64,000 nt of DNA, taken from sequence record OP870147.1. The stretch is one strand, 5' to 3'. Position numbers and translations under genes: made by a program. The notes below the pieces were generated by a model that did not search any database, was not told the origin of the DNA, and worked only from the letters and a program-made list of their open reading frames with translations. Positions 1-8,012 of the stretch are shown here, piece after piece. Every line of letters starts with the position of its first letter. The stretch's first letter is position 1. This DNA is from Escherichia phage vB_Eco_F31.

Positions 1-131
1 TGAACCAAGCCATCAAAAACGCCTTTACTATTTACTTTGTATGTTACTTTGGGATTTTTACCTTCTTCGATAGCAGCTTTCTGTTCCGCAGATAATGTAA
101 CTTCAGTGATAAACTCCTGATATGTTTTCAT
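1..131 (-). CDS. internal protein-like, 3' end outside window (N-terminus MKTYQEFITEVTLSAEQK...)
   Basis: Manual translation of minus strand from ATG at 131; N-terminus matches T4 internal-protein capsid targeting sequence; ORF runs off left edge. Confidence 0.6.
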   Translation of the reverse strand, partial: MKTYQEFITEVTLSAEQKAAIEEGKNPKVTYKVNSKGVFDGLV

Positions 132-156
132 TTTGTTCCTATTGTTTTAATTTATG

Positions 157-471
157 TTATTCTTTAGGGAAGTTTTTAGAGTATGCATCATAAAGTTTAT
201 TACCAATACGACGGAAGACTTTAGCTGCAAAACGGTTTTCAGGGTTTTTAATCATGATTTGCATCATGTAAGTTCCTGCATCCGAAAGAGCTTCTTCATA
301 GTACCCATTAATTTCTTTAAGAGTCCTACGTTTACCACCAGGACCATCAACAGTAATTTTCCATTTACCTGTAGAAGTGCGGCTCGGTGGCTCAACTTGT
401 TCAATCCAAATATAACCACCTTCAACGCGTTGGTTGGCGGATTCTGCAATAAATTCTTTATACGTTTTCAT
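157..471 (-). CDS. internal protein (CTS-bearing, MKTYKEFIAE...)
   Basis: ORF track 104 aa; N-terminal MKTYxEFIxE capsid-targeting motif as in T4 IPI/IPII/IPIII; early promoter upstream. Confidence 0.75.
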   Translation of the reverse strand: MKTYKEFIAESANQRVEGGYIWIEQVEPPSRTSTGKWKITVDGPGGKRRTLKEINGYYEEALSDAGTYMMQIMIKNPENRFAAKVFRRIGNKLYDAYSKNFPKE

Positions 472-502
472 TTTTTGTTTCCTTGTTTGTTTTGATAGAG
501 TA

Positions 503-532
503 ATTATACCATATTAATACTTAAGCGTAAAC
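503..532 (-). promoter_or_regulatory. early promoter (GTTTAC-N18-TATAAT, minus strand)
   Basis: T4 early-promoter pattern upstream of IP gene 157..471. Confidence 0.6.
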
Positions 533-535
533 AAT

Positions 536-796
536 TTAAGCTTTACCGCCAGAAATAATTCCGAAGTTGTTAAAATCGTATCCAATATCGTCAACATCCA
601 CTTTAGGACTTGCTACAACATAAGCAATTTCACTACGTTTTGCATAGGTGTTGATTTCTTTACCATCGCCACCTAAGAAAGAATACCCATTACGTTTTAA
701 TGAGCCAAAGTCTTCGGCATCACCAATGAAAGCTTTAACTTTAAATTTAGGACATTTGGCATCTGCTTCAATGATAAATTCTTGATACATTTTCAT
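536..796 (-). CDS. internal protein (CTS-bearing, MKMYQEFIIE...)
   Basis: ORF track 86 aa; CTS-like N-terminus. Confidence 0.7.
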   Translation of the reverse strand: MKMYQEFIIEADAKCPKFKVKAFIGDAEDFGSLKRNGYSFLGGDGKEINTYAKRSEIAYVVASPKVDVDDIGYDFNNFGIISGGKA

Positions 797-802
797 TTTT
801 CC

Positions 803-1216
803 TTAGTAAATTGATTTACCATAGTATTTGTACCAAGTCGGACGTTGAGCAATTTTTTCATCTAAGCGTGCTTGACTTATCGCAATGGACGCTTCGGACG
901 GGACATAATTATTACGAAATTCGGCAGGGATGTCGGAAATATCCTGGACAGTCGTGTCCTTGATTTTGAAACCACGTTTCAAACATTCGGCTATTAGCTC
1001 GATTTGACGTAAACGTAAAAATTCGAGTTTGTCGTAAAAGAATGTTACGTGACCTGTGCCTAAGATAAATGTTGGAGAGATTTTAAAATCTTTTACACGT
1101 TTACCATTCTGAACATGTTTACGGACTGCACCAAATACGCGTGGTAATTCACGATACTCAGCCATAAGATGTTGGTCGGACAGTTCAGAAACAAGTGTTA
1201 AATTGATACGAGTCAT
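803..1216 (-). CDS. denV: endonuclease V (pyrimidine dimer DNA glycosylase/AP lyase)
   Basis: Translation [12 protein letters not shown]...[16 protein letters not shown] matches T4 endonuclease V; start taken at ATG 1216 preceded by GGAGGA (ORF track begins at upstream TTG). Confidence 0.93.
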   Translation of the reverse strand: MTRINLTLVSELSDQHLMAEYRELPRVFGAVRKHVQNGKRVKDFKISPTFILGTGHVTFFYDKLEFLRLRQIELIAECLKRGFKIKDTTVQDISDIPAEFRNNYVPSEASIAISQARLDEKIAQRPTWYKYYGKSIY

Positions 1217-1220
1217 AATT

Positions 1221-1273
1221 TCCTCCAAGTAGTTGATAGATGTATAGTATCAAAGTCCTTGGAGGAAGTAAAC
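1221..1273 (-). promoter_or_regulatory. early promoter (GTTTAC-N18-TACTAT) nested in a 9-bp inverted repeat that pairs the denV Shine-Dalgarno
   Basis: Arms TCCTCCAAG (1221-1229) and CTTGGAGGA (1258-1266); -10 lies in the loop. Confidence 0.55.
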
Positions 1274-1274
1274 A

Positions 1275-1556
1275 CTATTTTTCTGAAGCGCCTGAAATAT
1301 ATTTTTCAAGACGTTGTTTCATTAGCGAGCCGTTCTTAGCGATTTCTTCTGGTTTATCGCACATACGCAACAAGGCTTCAAGCTTAGCGATATCGCTGGT
1401 ACGTTCAAATTTGCGAGTATCTATCTTACTAGCAAGTTCAGAAATACGTGCTAATAGACTTTCGGCTTCAACCAAAGCTGCACCTAGCTTAGTTGCAAAT
1501 GTGTCAGTAGCTTCGTTAAGAATAGATTCTGATAAAAATTCACTATATGTTTTCAT
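1275..1556 (-). CDS. internal protein (CTS-bearing, [10 protein letters not shown]...)
   Basis: ORF track frame; start at internal ATG giving MKTY N-terminus; ATGA overlap with lysozyme stop. Confidence 0.7.
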   Translation of the reverse strand: MKTYSEFLSESILNEATDTFATKLGAALVEAESLLARISELASKIDTRKFERTSDIAKLEALLRMCDKPEEIAKNGSLMKQRLEKYISGASEK

Positions 1557-2041
1557 ATATACGCTTTCCAAGTTCCTGTTTTAAATGTTGAGATTACGCG
1601 TTTCGCGCGATTAGGTGTCTGACGATACCATTTAGATTGGGCTAGATTTACTGCCGCTTCATCCCAACGTTTCTGTTGAAGCATACGAAGAGAATTAGTA
1701 AAACCGGCGACGCCTGATACACCCATTTGGAAGACCATATTGACCAATGCACACCGACGAACTGCATCTAAAGAATCATATACCGGTTTAAGTTTAGCAT
1801 TACCCAAGATTCCGCGGACGGCTTTATCAACGTCTTCATTAAATAGCTTTTCAGCCTCATCAAGGGTAATTGTACCGTTGCATTTACGTCCGATCATTCT
1901 GTCAAGTTCAGCTTTAGCTACGGCTAAAGACGGATTCTTTGTTACTAAATGGCCAATGCCAATCGTCCAAAAACCTTCAGTGTCTTTGTATAAAGTCAGT
2001 CTAAGACCTTCGTCATTACGAAGCATTTCAAATATATTCAT
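1553..2041 (-). CDS. e: lysozyme (endolysin)
   Basis: [15 protein letters not shown]...[12 protein letters not shown]... near-identical in pattern to T4 lysozyme; start at ATG 2041 (track starts at upstream GTG). Confidence 0.95.
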   Translation of the reverse strand: MNIFEMLRNDEGLRLTLYKDTEGFWTIGIGHLVTKNPSLAVAKAELDRMIGRKCNGTITLDEAEKLFNEDVDKAVRGILGNAKLKPVYDSLDAVRRCALVNMVFQMGVSGVAGFTNSLRMLQQKRWDEAAVNLAQSKWYRQTPNRAKRVISTFKTGTWKAYI

Positions 2042-2043
2042 AA

Positions 2044-2067
2044 TACCTCCCACGTTTATAGGAGGTA
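2044..2067 (-). promoter_or_regulatory. gene e regulatory hairpin: SD-sequestering 7-bp inverted repeat with late-promoter-like TATAAACG in the loop
   Basis: Arms TACCTCC (2044-2050) and GGAGGTA (2061-2067); same architecture as the known T4 gene e control. Confidence 0.55.
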
Positions 2068-2075
2068 TTTATTAC

Positions 2076-2534
2076 TTATAGGAGTGTAGTGAGCACCTTA
2101 TATAATGATTTGCCCATTACATATTCCCATTGAGAAGGTTTAATTAAAGCGAATGCATCAAATTCAGGAATCTGTCGTCCGTCTGGGAATGTATGATAGG
2201 AATTACAAACACTGTTTCTGAATTGCTCGTGCTCTACAGGGATGGTATATAGGAACAGATGAATATTCTTATTGTCTGAGTAATGATGTTCACCTAGGTC
2301 TTTCAGGAAGGCAGGGTCGTATTGTGTAAACCCAGTTTCTTCTTCGCATTCACGAATAGCGGCTTCAATAGGAGATTCGCCAGGTTCGACACGGCCTTTA
2401 GGAATATCCCACCTATGAGCTAATGCACCTTTAGAACGAGAACCAGTTACACGCCCCATGAATAATTCTTTATCTTCGGTAAGGAAAATAATACCGGCTG
2501 ATAGTTCTTTCACTTTATTTTTCTTACTCATCAT
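2076..2534 (-). CDS. nudE: Nudix hydrolase
   Basis: Nudix box GRVEPGESPIEAAIRECEEETGF present; position after e as in T4. Confidence 0.88.
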   Translation of the reverse strand: MMSKKNKVKELSAGIIFLTEDKELFMGRVTGSRSKGALAHRWDIPKGRVEPGESPIEAAIRECEEETGFTQYDPAFLKDLGEHHYSDNKNIHLFLYTIPVEHEQFRNSVCNSYHTFPDGRQIPEFDAFALIKPSQWEYVMGKSLYKVLTTLL

Positions 2535-2760
2535 CTCGGTCCCATGATTTGGCCATTAATTCGGACATAAATTCTTCAATGCGCGTTTCTTTAGATGGAC
2601 TTTCACTATTAGAGACCGCAAGTTTGTAATCTGCAATAGGACAGAACATATCAAGGTCCATATTAAGGTCGTCTTTGATTTTTTCTTCTGACACATCTTT
2701 ATCGTATGTGTACAGATAACTATCACATGATTCTGATTTAATGTAAATTGCTATACTCAT
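2524..2760 (-). CDS. hypothetical protein
   Basis: ORF track 2524..2775; ATG at 2760 forms ATGA overlap with upstream stop; no recognisable domain. Confidence 0.45.
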   Translation of the reverse strand: MSIAIYIKSESCDSYLYTYDKDVSEEKIKDDLNMDLDMFCPIADYKLAVSNSESPSKETRIEEFMSELMAKSWDRDDE

Positions 2761-3248
2761 CTCAAATTCCTGCATTCGGTAATAAAACGTTCAACTTCAT
2801 TATTCTTGGCCTTTATCTTGTCTTTACGTTCCTGTAAACTACTTTTAACAAGATTAATAATGATGCCTACAGTACCGCCGCCAATGATGCCGCCAACAAC
2901 ACTTATGATAATAGATGCTAATAAGATAGCAATAATATCAACAAAACCGAAAGAACTCACCTTAGTACTAAAAAACCATACCGACGGTACAAATATAATC
3001 CATCCTGTTATCCATTGGCACTTATTGAAAAACTTTTCAAGCTCAGCTTGAGTTGTTCGTATTACTTCATCGATAGGTTGATATCCATTAATGTATCTGT
3101 TCACGATAATACCTGCTGGCTGGTCGATTTTAAATTCTTGGCAAATATGTTTCACTAAGTAGGATGGACATCCTGTCCAATCTACTGAATAGTACGAAAT
3201 ACCTTCATTGCCGTCGTCAATATTAGACCAATATGTTTTGTTAATCAT
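2757..3248 (-). CDS. small membrane protein, FIxECR-tail family
   Basis: 163 aa, long hydrophobic segment, C-terminal ...ERFITECRNLR. Confidence 0.55.
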   Translation of the reverse strand: MINKTYWSNIDDGNEGISYYSVDWTGCPSYLVKHICQEFKIDQPAGIIVNRYINGYQPIDEVIRTTQAELEKFFNKCQWITGWIIFVPSVWFFSTKVSSFGFVDIIAILLASIIISVVGGIIGGGTVGIIINLVKSSLQERKDKIKAKNNEVERFITECRNLR

Positions 3249-3934
3249 TACCAGCCTTCCATAGGGAATTCCAGATAAACTTGGGCATTGACACGAATTT
3301 CATTGGTAATCTTTTTAACTCGGTCTGTATTACGAGATACACGTCCGAACCAACGCCATCCGTTACTAATTGCACGAGAACCAGTGTGCCATGTTTGCCA
3401 ATCAAACTGAAGAAGAGTACGATCTGGAGCTTCCCATTTCTCTAGTTCACCTTTTTCAATTTTTTCGAGGACTTCTTTGTGCCACTGGCGATAGATAAGT
3501 TCGCCATCAGGAATCTGACTGAACTCTGCAGTTCCTGTTGCAAAATGAGTAGGACACACGTCAGCGTTAACAAGACCAAGAATATGTTCAGAATGGTAAC
3601 GAGGGTTGTCATAGTCAGGTTGTCCTGCAGTAATAAAGTGTTGACCAACTGGAATATCAGGGCGAGGAACATCGTCATGGTGGTATCCAGGAATAGCAGG
3701 ATACCAACCAGGCATCAGCATATGGACTCGTGAATCAAATACAACATGTTGATTAGTCCAATCAATTGGGAGATTGGCAATAAAGCTACGAGTGATTGAG
3801 CCACCATTATCCCAAGCAAAACCCAAATCACAATTAAAGAACATTGGTTCATTTTTGATTCGGTCATTTTGTACGTTATGTGCAAAACTACCAACTGCAC
3901 GAGCTTGACTATTAAAAGTTTTAGAACTATTCAT
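3248..3934 (-). CDS. hypothetical protein
   Basis: 228 aa ORF, ATG with GAGGAAA SD; His/Asp-rich segment GYHHDD; function not assignable by eye. Confidence 0.55.
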   Translation of the reverse strand: MNSSKTFNSQARAVGSFAHNVQNDRIKNEPMFFNCDLGFAWDNGGSITRSFIANLPIDWTNQHVVFDSRVHMLMPGWYPAIPGYHHDDVPRPDIPVGQHFITAGQPDYDNPRYHSEHILGLVNADVCPTHFATGTAEFSQIPDGELIYRQWHKEVLEKIEKGELEKWEAPDRTLLQFDWQTWHTGSRAISNGWRWFGRVSRNTDRVKKITNEIRVNAQVYLEFPMEGW

Positions 3935-3935
3935 A

Positions 3936-4241
3936 TTATTTTCCTCGACATTCTTTAATGAAATTTTCTAGATTGGTAGATTCAATAGCTTTTTTACGAG
4001 CTTCTGCATGTTCTTCTTCAGACAATTTACATTTATAATTAACCCAGACATTATGGTCGAAACTAGTCGTGGCATATAATAACAATGCTCCAACGAATAG
4101 CAAAAACGGCGATAAGAATACAAAACCAGGAACACCATCCATATCGTAAGCCTTTTGTAATACTGCAACAGAAAGAGCTGCGTAAAAAGGTGATGCAAAT
4201 ATTGTTAAAAGACCAATTCGGTTGGTTTCGCCTAATTTCAT
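3936..4241 (-). CDS. small membrane protein, FIxECR-tail family
   Basis: 101 aa, two hydrophobic segments, C-terminal ...ENFIKECRGK; early promoter module upstream. Confidence 0.55.
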   Translation of the reverse strand: MKLGETNRIGLLTIFASPFYAALSVAVLQKAYDMDGVPGFVFLSPFLLFVGALLLYATTSFDHNVWVNYKCKLSEEEHAEARKKAIESTNLENFIKECRGK

Positions 4242-4299
4242 AATATTCTCCTCATGTTTTAATAGGACTACTATAATATAGCCCTATCAGTTTGTACAC

Positions 4300-4500
4300 T
4301 TATTTTGACATTTCTTCGATGTCACGACGATACCCATCACGAACTTCACGAAGAGCTTCAAGGCCACACATAGGCTCGATACCAGTAATGTGAACTTGAT
4401 TAATCTGATACTCTACATCTTCTAACTGAGCGAAAACATAACGACGTTCTGCTGCACAACCAGGTTTAGCTTTACCGAAACGTTTATTCAAAGTAGTCAT
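4300..4500 (-). CDS. hypothetical protein
   Basis: ORF track 4300..4518; ATG 4500 preferred because preceded by GGAG SD and downstream of the early promoter. Confidence 0.45.
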   Translation of the reverse strand: MTTLNKRFGKAKPGCAAERRYVFAQLEDVEYQINQVHITGIEPMCGLEALREVRDGYRRDIEEMSK

Positions 4501-4538
4501 TTTTATATCTCCATTCACTCATTTGTTTTGATAGGTCT

Positions 4539-4568
4539 ATAGTATCAACAACTACAGACCTTGTAAAC
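4539..4568 (-). promoter_or_regulatory. early promoter (GTTTAC-N18-TACTAT) with flanking inverted repeat AGGTCT/AGACCT
   Basis: T4 early-promoter pattern upstream of 4300..4500. Confidence 0.5.
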
Positions 4569-4580
4569 TGTTTTGTGAAA

Positions 4581-5537
4581 TTATTTGAAAGGTTTTACCA
4601 TATGAAAGTTTTGTTTGAAACGCTTGACGTAATCGTCGTGTCCTAAGCTTTGGTACATACTTACTACTTTGCTATAATTTTCCCAAGCGAACTCACGGAA
4701 CCATCCTGATGTGATTGATGTACAGACCTTTTCAAGGGCCATCATAAAACTATCACGTGGATGGATTTTAAAGTCGTTAGGAATCTGTGAACGTTCAAGA
4801 GCTAATACACAAGCTTCTTCATATACACCGGCTAATTTAACCATTTCTGGTAACGATTCGAACTTCTCGCGTGAGGTCATGACTTCAGAACCGTCTTTCA
4901 TATAAAACTTATAAGCAGGCTGGTCAGTTAGTGCAATGGCTTCATGGATAGTATCATGGTCATACGTATAGATGTCATCTTTAAAGAACGCACTTTTAGA
5001 AGTGTCAAGAACTGGGTGAGCATAATTCAAGGTTTCTTTCTGGCGTTTCAGCATAATTTCAGTAAGTTCATCGTTCAGTGTAACACCTTTACCACGAAGA
5101 TACTGAATATGGTTCATAGTCTTTAAAAAGAATGGATTATTTTTCTTGAAACGATGAGACATCTTAATTGCAAGACATATCTCAGGAGTTGCCCAGTAAA
5201 ACCCGTTCAAACGGTCTTTAGTCAAATTTTTCTTGGAGTATTTTAAAAGGTCATAAGAAGACGTGAAATCTTCAGGAGTGAGTTCACCGACTAGTTCGCG
5301 AACGTTAGTGATAGCCGGAACGATGTATGCTTCAAAATGAGTTTCGCGTCCATTATGGAAGCATTTGAAAACTTGGACATCAGGGTTATCTTGGTGAACA
5401 TATACACCCATCATTTGATTTTTGAATGCATTCCAAGAACCTTGGTCCGCAATAAAGTCCCAGTCACTATTTTTAATAGCGCTAGAATCAATAAGACCGT
5501 GATAGTGAAGTGCACGAGAACCAATAACTAACATCAT
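4581..5537 (-). CDS. hypothetical protein with possible nucleotidyltransferase-like N-terminus
   Basis: 318 aa; N-terminal IGSRALHYHG...SDWDF resembles a GS...DxD signature (weak, unverified). Confidence 0.5.
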   Translation of the reverse strand: MMLVIGSRALHYHGLIDSSAIKNSDWDFIADQGSWNAFKNQMMGVYVHQDNPDVQVFKCFHNGRETHFEAYIVPAITNVRELVGELTPEDFTSSYDLLKYSKKNLTKDRLNGFYWATPEICLAIKMSHRFKKNNPFFLKTMNHIQYLRGKGVTLNDELTEIMLKRQKETLNYAHPVLDTSKSAFFKDDIYTYDHDTIHEAIALTDQPAYKFYMKDGSEVMTSREKFESLPEMVKLAGVYEEACVLALERSQIPNDFKIHPRDSFMMALEKVCTSITSGWFREFAWENYSKVVSMYQSLGHDDYVKRFKQNFHMVKPFK

Positions 5538-5565
5538 AATATTTTCCTCGGATTAATTCATTAAC

Positions 5566-5805
5566 TTAAATTTCACGACATGCGATATTATATTCATCCC
5601 AGAGGTCATCATGTGAAGCCTCTACCAATGGAACGATTGTACCGTTTATGTCTTCATTATAAGGGCAAATTGTACAGTGCGCATCTTCGAATCGGATGCC
5701 TTTGTGTTCAGATTTTTTATAACGCATATCGAATATCTTTGCAAACTTTTCACGAGTAATGGTTTTACCAACCACTTTGGTTCCGATACTTTCGTAATAA
5801 ATCAT
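5566..5805 (-). CDS. hypothetical small protein with CxxC motif
   Basis: ORF track 5566..5817; ATG 5805 preceded by GGAG; contains HCTICPY. Confidence 0.45.
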   Translation of the reverse strand: MIYYESIGTKVVGKTITREKFAKIFDMRYKKSEHKGIRFEDAHCTICPYNEDINGTIVPLVEASHDDLWDEYNIACREI

Positions 5806-5822
5806 TGTGGACTCCATTTGTT

Positions 5823-5863
5823 TTGATAGGACTACTATAACATAGCCCTATCTTGTTGTAAAC
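5823..5863 (-). promoter_or_regulatory. early promoter module (GTTTAC + TA-rich -10) with repeated element GATAGGACTACTATAACATAGCCCTATC
   Basis: Near-identical to the modules at 4262-4288 and 12443-12470. Confidence 0.5.
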
Positions 5864-5867
5864 TGTT

Positions 5868-6065
5868 TTAGCAAGAATAACTAGATGATACCCAGCCTTG
5901 AACAGTGATATTATTGTGGGATAATGAGATCGCGTCCTGGAGATTCAGACCTGCGTTATCTTCAATCCATAATGTAACTTCTTCGCGTTCTTCTGTTGCA
6001 ATTTGGAACAGGTTTTCCAGAGCAGCTACTGCCGTACGTACAGCACAATCTAATTCACGAGACAT
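5868..6065 (-). CDS. small protein, GWVxSSxxC C-terminal family (paralog 3)
   Basis: 65 aa ending ...VQGWVSSSYSC. Confidence 0.5.
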   Translation of the reverse strand: MSRELDCAVRTAVAALENLFQIATEEREEVTLWIEDNAGLNLQDAISLSHNNITVQGWVSSSYSC

Positions 6066-6074
6066 ATTGTTTCC

Positions 6075-6347
6075 TTAGCAAGTGTGAGAAGATGCGACCC
6101 AACCACCGGTTTCGAGGCTCAGGTTGTAGTCGTATTGGTAAACGTCAGCCCATTCAGCATAGCCGTTTTTTGTACAACGTTCAAGATCGGCTTTAAGATG
6201 TCCGGGTGAATGATAGGTTCCACCCATACCATAAGCTGGGTACAAGTTGAATGTTGTGTTTTGTTTATCAGCAATTTCTTTGGCAGCCTCAATAGCTGCA
6301 TAGATTTTTGCTACAGCTTCAGCCAGTTCGGTTTGTTCTTTAGACAT
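6075..6347 (-). CDS. small protein, GWVxSSxxC C-terminal family (paralog 2)
   Basis: 90 aa ending ...GGWVASSHTC. Confidence 0.55.
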   Translation of the reverse strand: MSKEQTELAEAVAKIYAAIEAAKEIADKQNTTFNLYPAYGMGGTYHSPGHLKADLERCTKNGYAEWADVYQYDYNLSLETGGWVASSHTC

Positions 6348-6356
6348 AATGATTCC

Positions 6357-6662
6357 TTAGCACAACGCAGAAGACGAAACCCAAGCACCTTCAGTAATAA
6401 CGTATCCATTACCTTCACGCTTAACATCGCCGCCATTATTTTCAATTTCATCTTTCATCCACTGGGATACGATTTCACCCTTAGGATAATAAGTACGACC
6501 GCTACCATAATCACCTACAGAAAATGATACGGCATATTGGTCTGCGATCTTTGTTGCTTCTTCTTCGATACGTTCAGCTTGATTCAGAAGTTTATAAATT
6601 GCATCTGAAGCGGATTTGGCATCATTAAACTCTGGTACTTTAATTTCAATAATCTTACTCAT
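6357..6662 (-). CDS. small protein, GWVxSSxxC C-terminal family (paralog 1)
   Basis: 101 aa ending ...GAWVSSSALC. Confidence 0.55.
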   Translation of the reverse strand: MSKIIEIKVPEFNDAKSASDAIYKLLNQAERIEEEATKIADQYAVSFSVGDYGSGRTYYPKGEIVSQWMKDEIENNGGDVKREGNGYVITEGAWVSSSALC

Positions 6663-7018
6663 TTTCTACATTCCTTAATAAAGTTTTCGATTGTTTCATT
6701 TTCACGTTTAGCTAGGAGTTCATTATAACTAATCATTTGAGAAGCGTAAACCTTTTTATTTTTCTTGTTATGGTTTATAAAATCGTAGTAAAAATAGACT
6801 ACAGTACAAAAGGATGCGATAGATGCAAAGGCTTGGGTATACCGTAAGTCCTGCCATTGGTCTGTGAATCCACCAGTGTTACCTATAAATCCTAACACAA
6901 CTCCGTCAATAAGAAATCCAACTAATCCAAAGGCAAATCCCATGCCAATACTCATAATAAAAATTAGAATGTTCTCACCAAGAGAAGGCCATACGGTTAA
7001 GAGTTGAGGCTTTTGCAT
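6659..7018 (-). CDS. small membrane protein, FIxECR-tail family
   Basis: 119 aa, hydrophobic core, C-terminal ...ENFIKECRK; stop overlaps next start. Confidence 0.55.
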   Translation of the reverse strand: MQKPQLLTVWPSLGENILIFIMSIGMGFAFGLVGFLIDGVVLGFIGNTGGFTDQWQDLRYTQAFASIASFCTVVYFYYDFINHNKKNKKVYASQMISYNELLAKRENETIENFIKECRK

Positions 7019-7392
7019 CTTATTTCCTTAACGAATTCCATAGCTTCTTCATATTCATACTTTTTAACAGCTTCATCATACTGAGCTTGGGCTTTTGCGC
7101 ACTGAACTTTCCACTCACGAACTCGAGCTCTGTGATGACGGCCTTGGTGCCAATATCCTGCCCAATTAATAGGCATTAATAAAAACGGTACAATAAGTGG
7201 TGCGACGAACATTAATGAAAACGCTGCATCAGACGATATAACTTTATTGGAATCTAAAACAGCTCCTATAATCATAAAGATTAAAAATGCTAAAGCTAAA
7301 ATAGGACCAAATAGTACTTCGTTTGGGATTAATTTACGTTTGTATTCGTATGCCCAGGGCTTAATTGGCATGTACAGGGTTGGCTTTGACAT
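6997..7392 (-). CDS. membrane protein (hypothetical)
   Basis: ORF track 6997..7422; ATG 7392 (MSKPTLY...) chosen; hydrophobic segments; C-terminal ...EFVKEIRCK. Confidence 0.45.
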   Translation of the reverse strand: MSKPTLYMPIKPWAYEYKRKLIPNEVLFGPILALAFLIFMIIGAVLDSNKVISSDAAFSLMFVAPLIVPFLLMPINWAGYWHQGRHHRARVREWKVQCAKAQAQYDEAVKKYEYEEAMEFVKEIRCKSLNS

Positions 7393-7963
7393 ATTCTCTA
7401 CATTCCATAATAAATTGCTCAAGGATTAAATTGTTAGTGAAATTAGGACTAACAACCATAGTTTCATAAAGCGCATCAATAGCACTTAAAGCATCAACTC
7501 TCTTAAGCAAAGGCTTGCCTTCATACATAGTTTCAGAATCGACGATTAAAGTGAAGTAGTATTTTTTATTATTGACCAGAACTTCTGTATCAATATAAAA
7601 CATGTTAGACCTCAGAAGCTTATCTCTAAAACCATAATAATCTTCAGAGCGTTCGCTGATATATTCCCATTCGGTGTTTAAACAACAAACAGACCACGTA
7701 GGAGCAACGAAATCAGTGAATCTAATATCATGGTCTGCAACTAGTTTAGCAATAGCTCCGATATCATGAATCATAATACCTGGGGCTAATAAAGATTTTC
7801 TGCTATGGCTAGCCGTTTTCTCGGTGGTCTCATAAGAAGACGACCAGTACCATTTACGTCCAGTTGCAACATATCGTAATGAATCAACTAAAGACGTAGG
7901 TGGATTTACCTTATCTCGGAACTCTTCGAACATTGAGTCAATATCATTATTTTGGTTTCGCAT
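7361..7963 (-). CDS. hypothetical protein (C-terminal EQFIMECRE motif)
   Basis: ORF track 7361..7984; ATG 7963 preceded by AAGGAG. Confidence 0.5.
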   Translation of the reverse strand: MRNQNNDIDSMFEEFRDKVNPPTSLVDSLRYVATGRKWYWSSSYETTEKTASHSRKSLLAPGIMIHDIGAIAKLVADHDIRFTDFVAPTWSVCCLNTEWEYISERSEDYYGFRDKLLRSNMFYIDTEVLVNNKKYYFTLIVDSETMYEGKPLLKRVDALSAIDALYETMVVSPNFTNNLILEQFIMECREYVKANPVHAN

Positions 7964-7980
7964 GTTAACTCCTTTATTAT

Positions 7981-8004
7981 CCAAAAGGAGGACCGGAGTC
8001 CTCC
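7981..8004 (-). terminator. hairpin GGAGGAC-CGGA-GTCCTCC + U-run (minus strand) after 8013..8606
   Basis: 7-bp GC-rich stem followed by TTTTGG on the transcribed strand. Confidence 0.45.
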
Positions 8005-8012
8005 GTATTATT

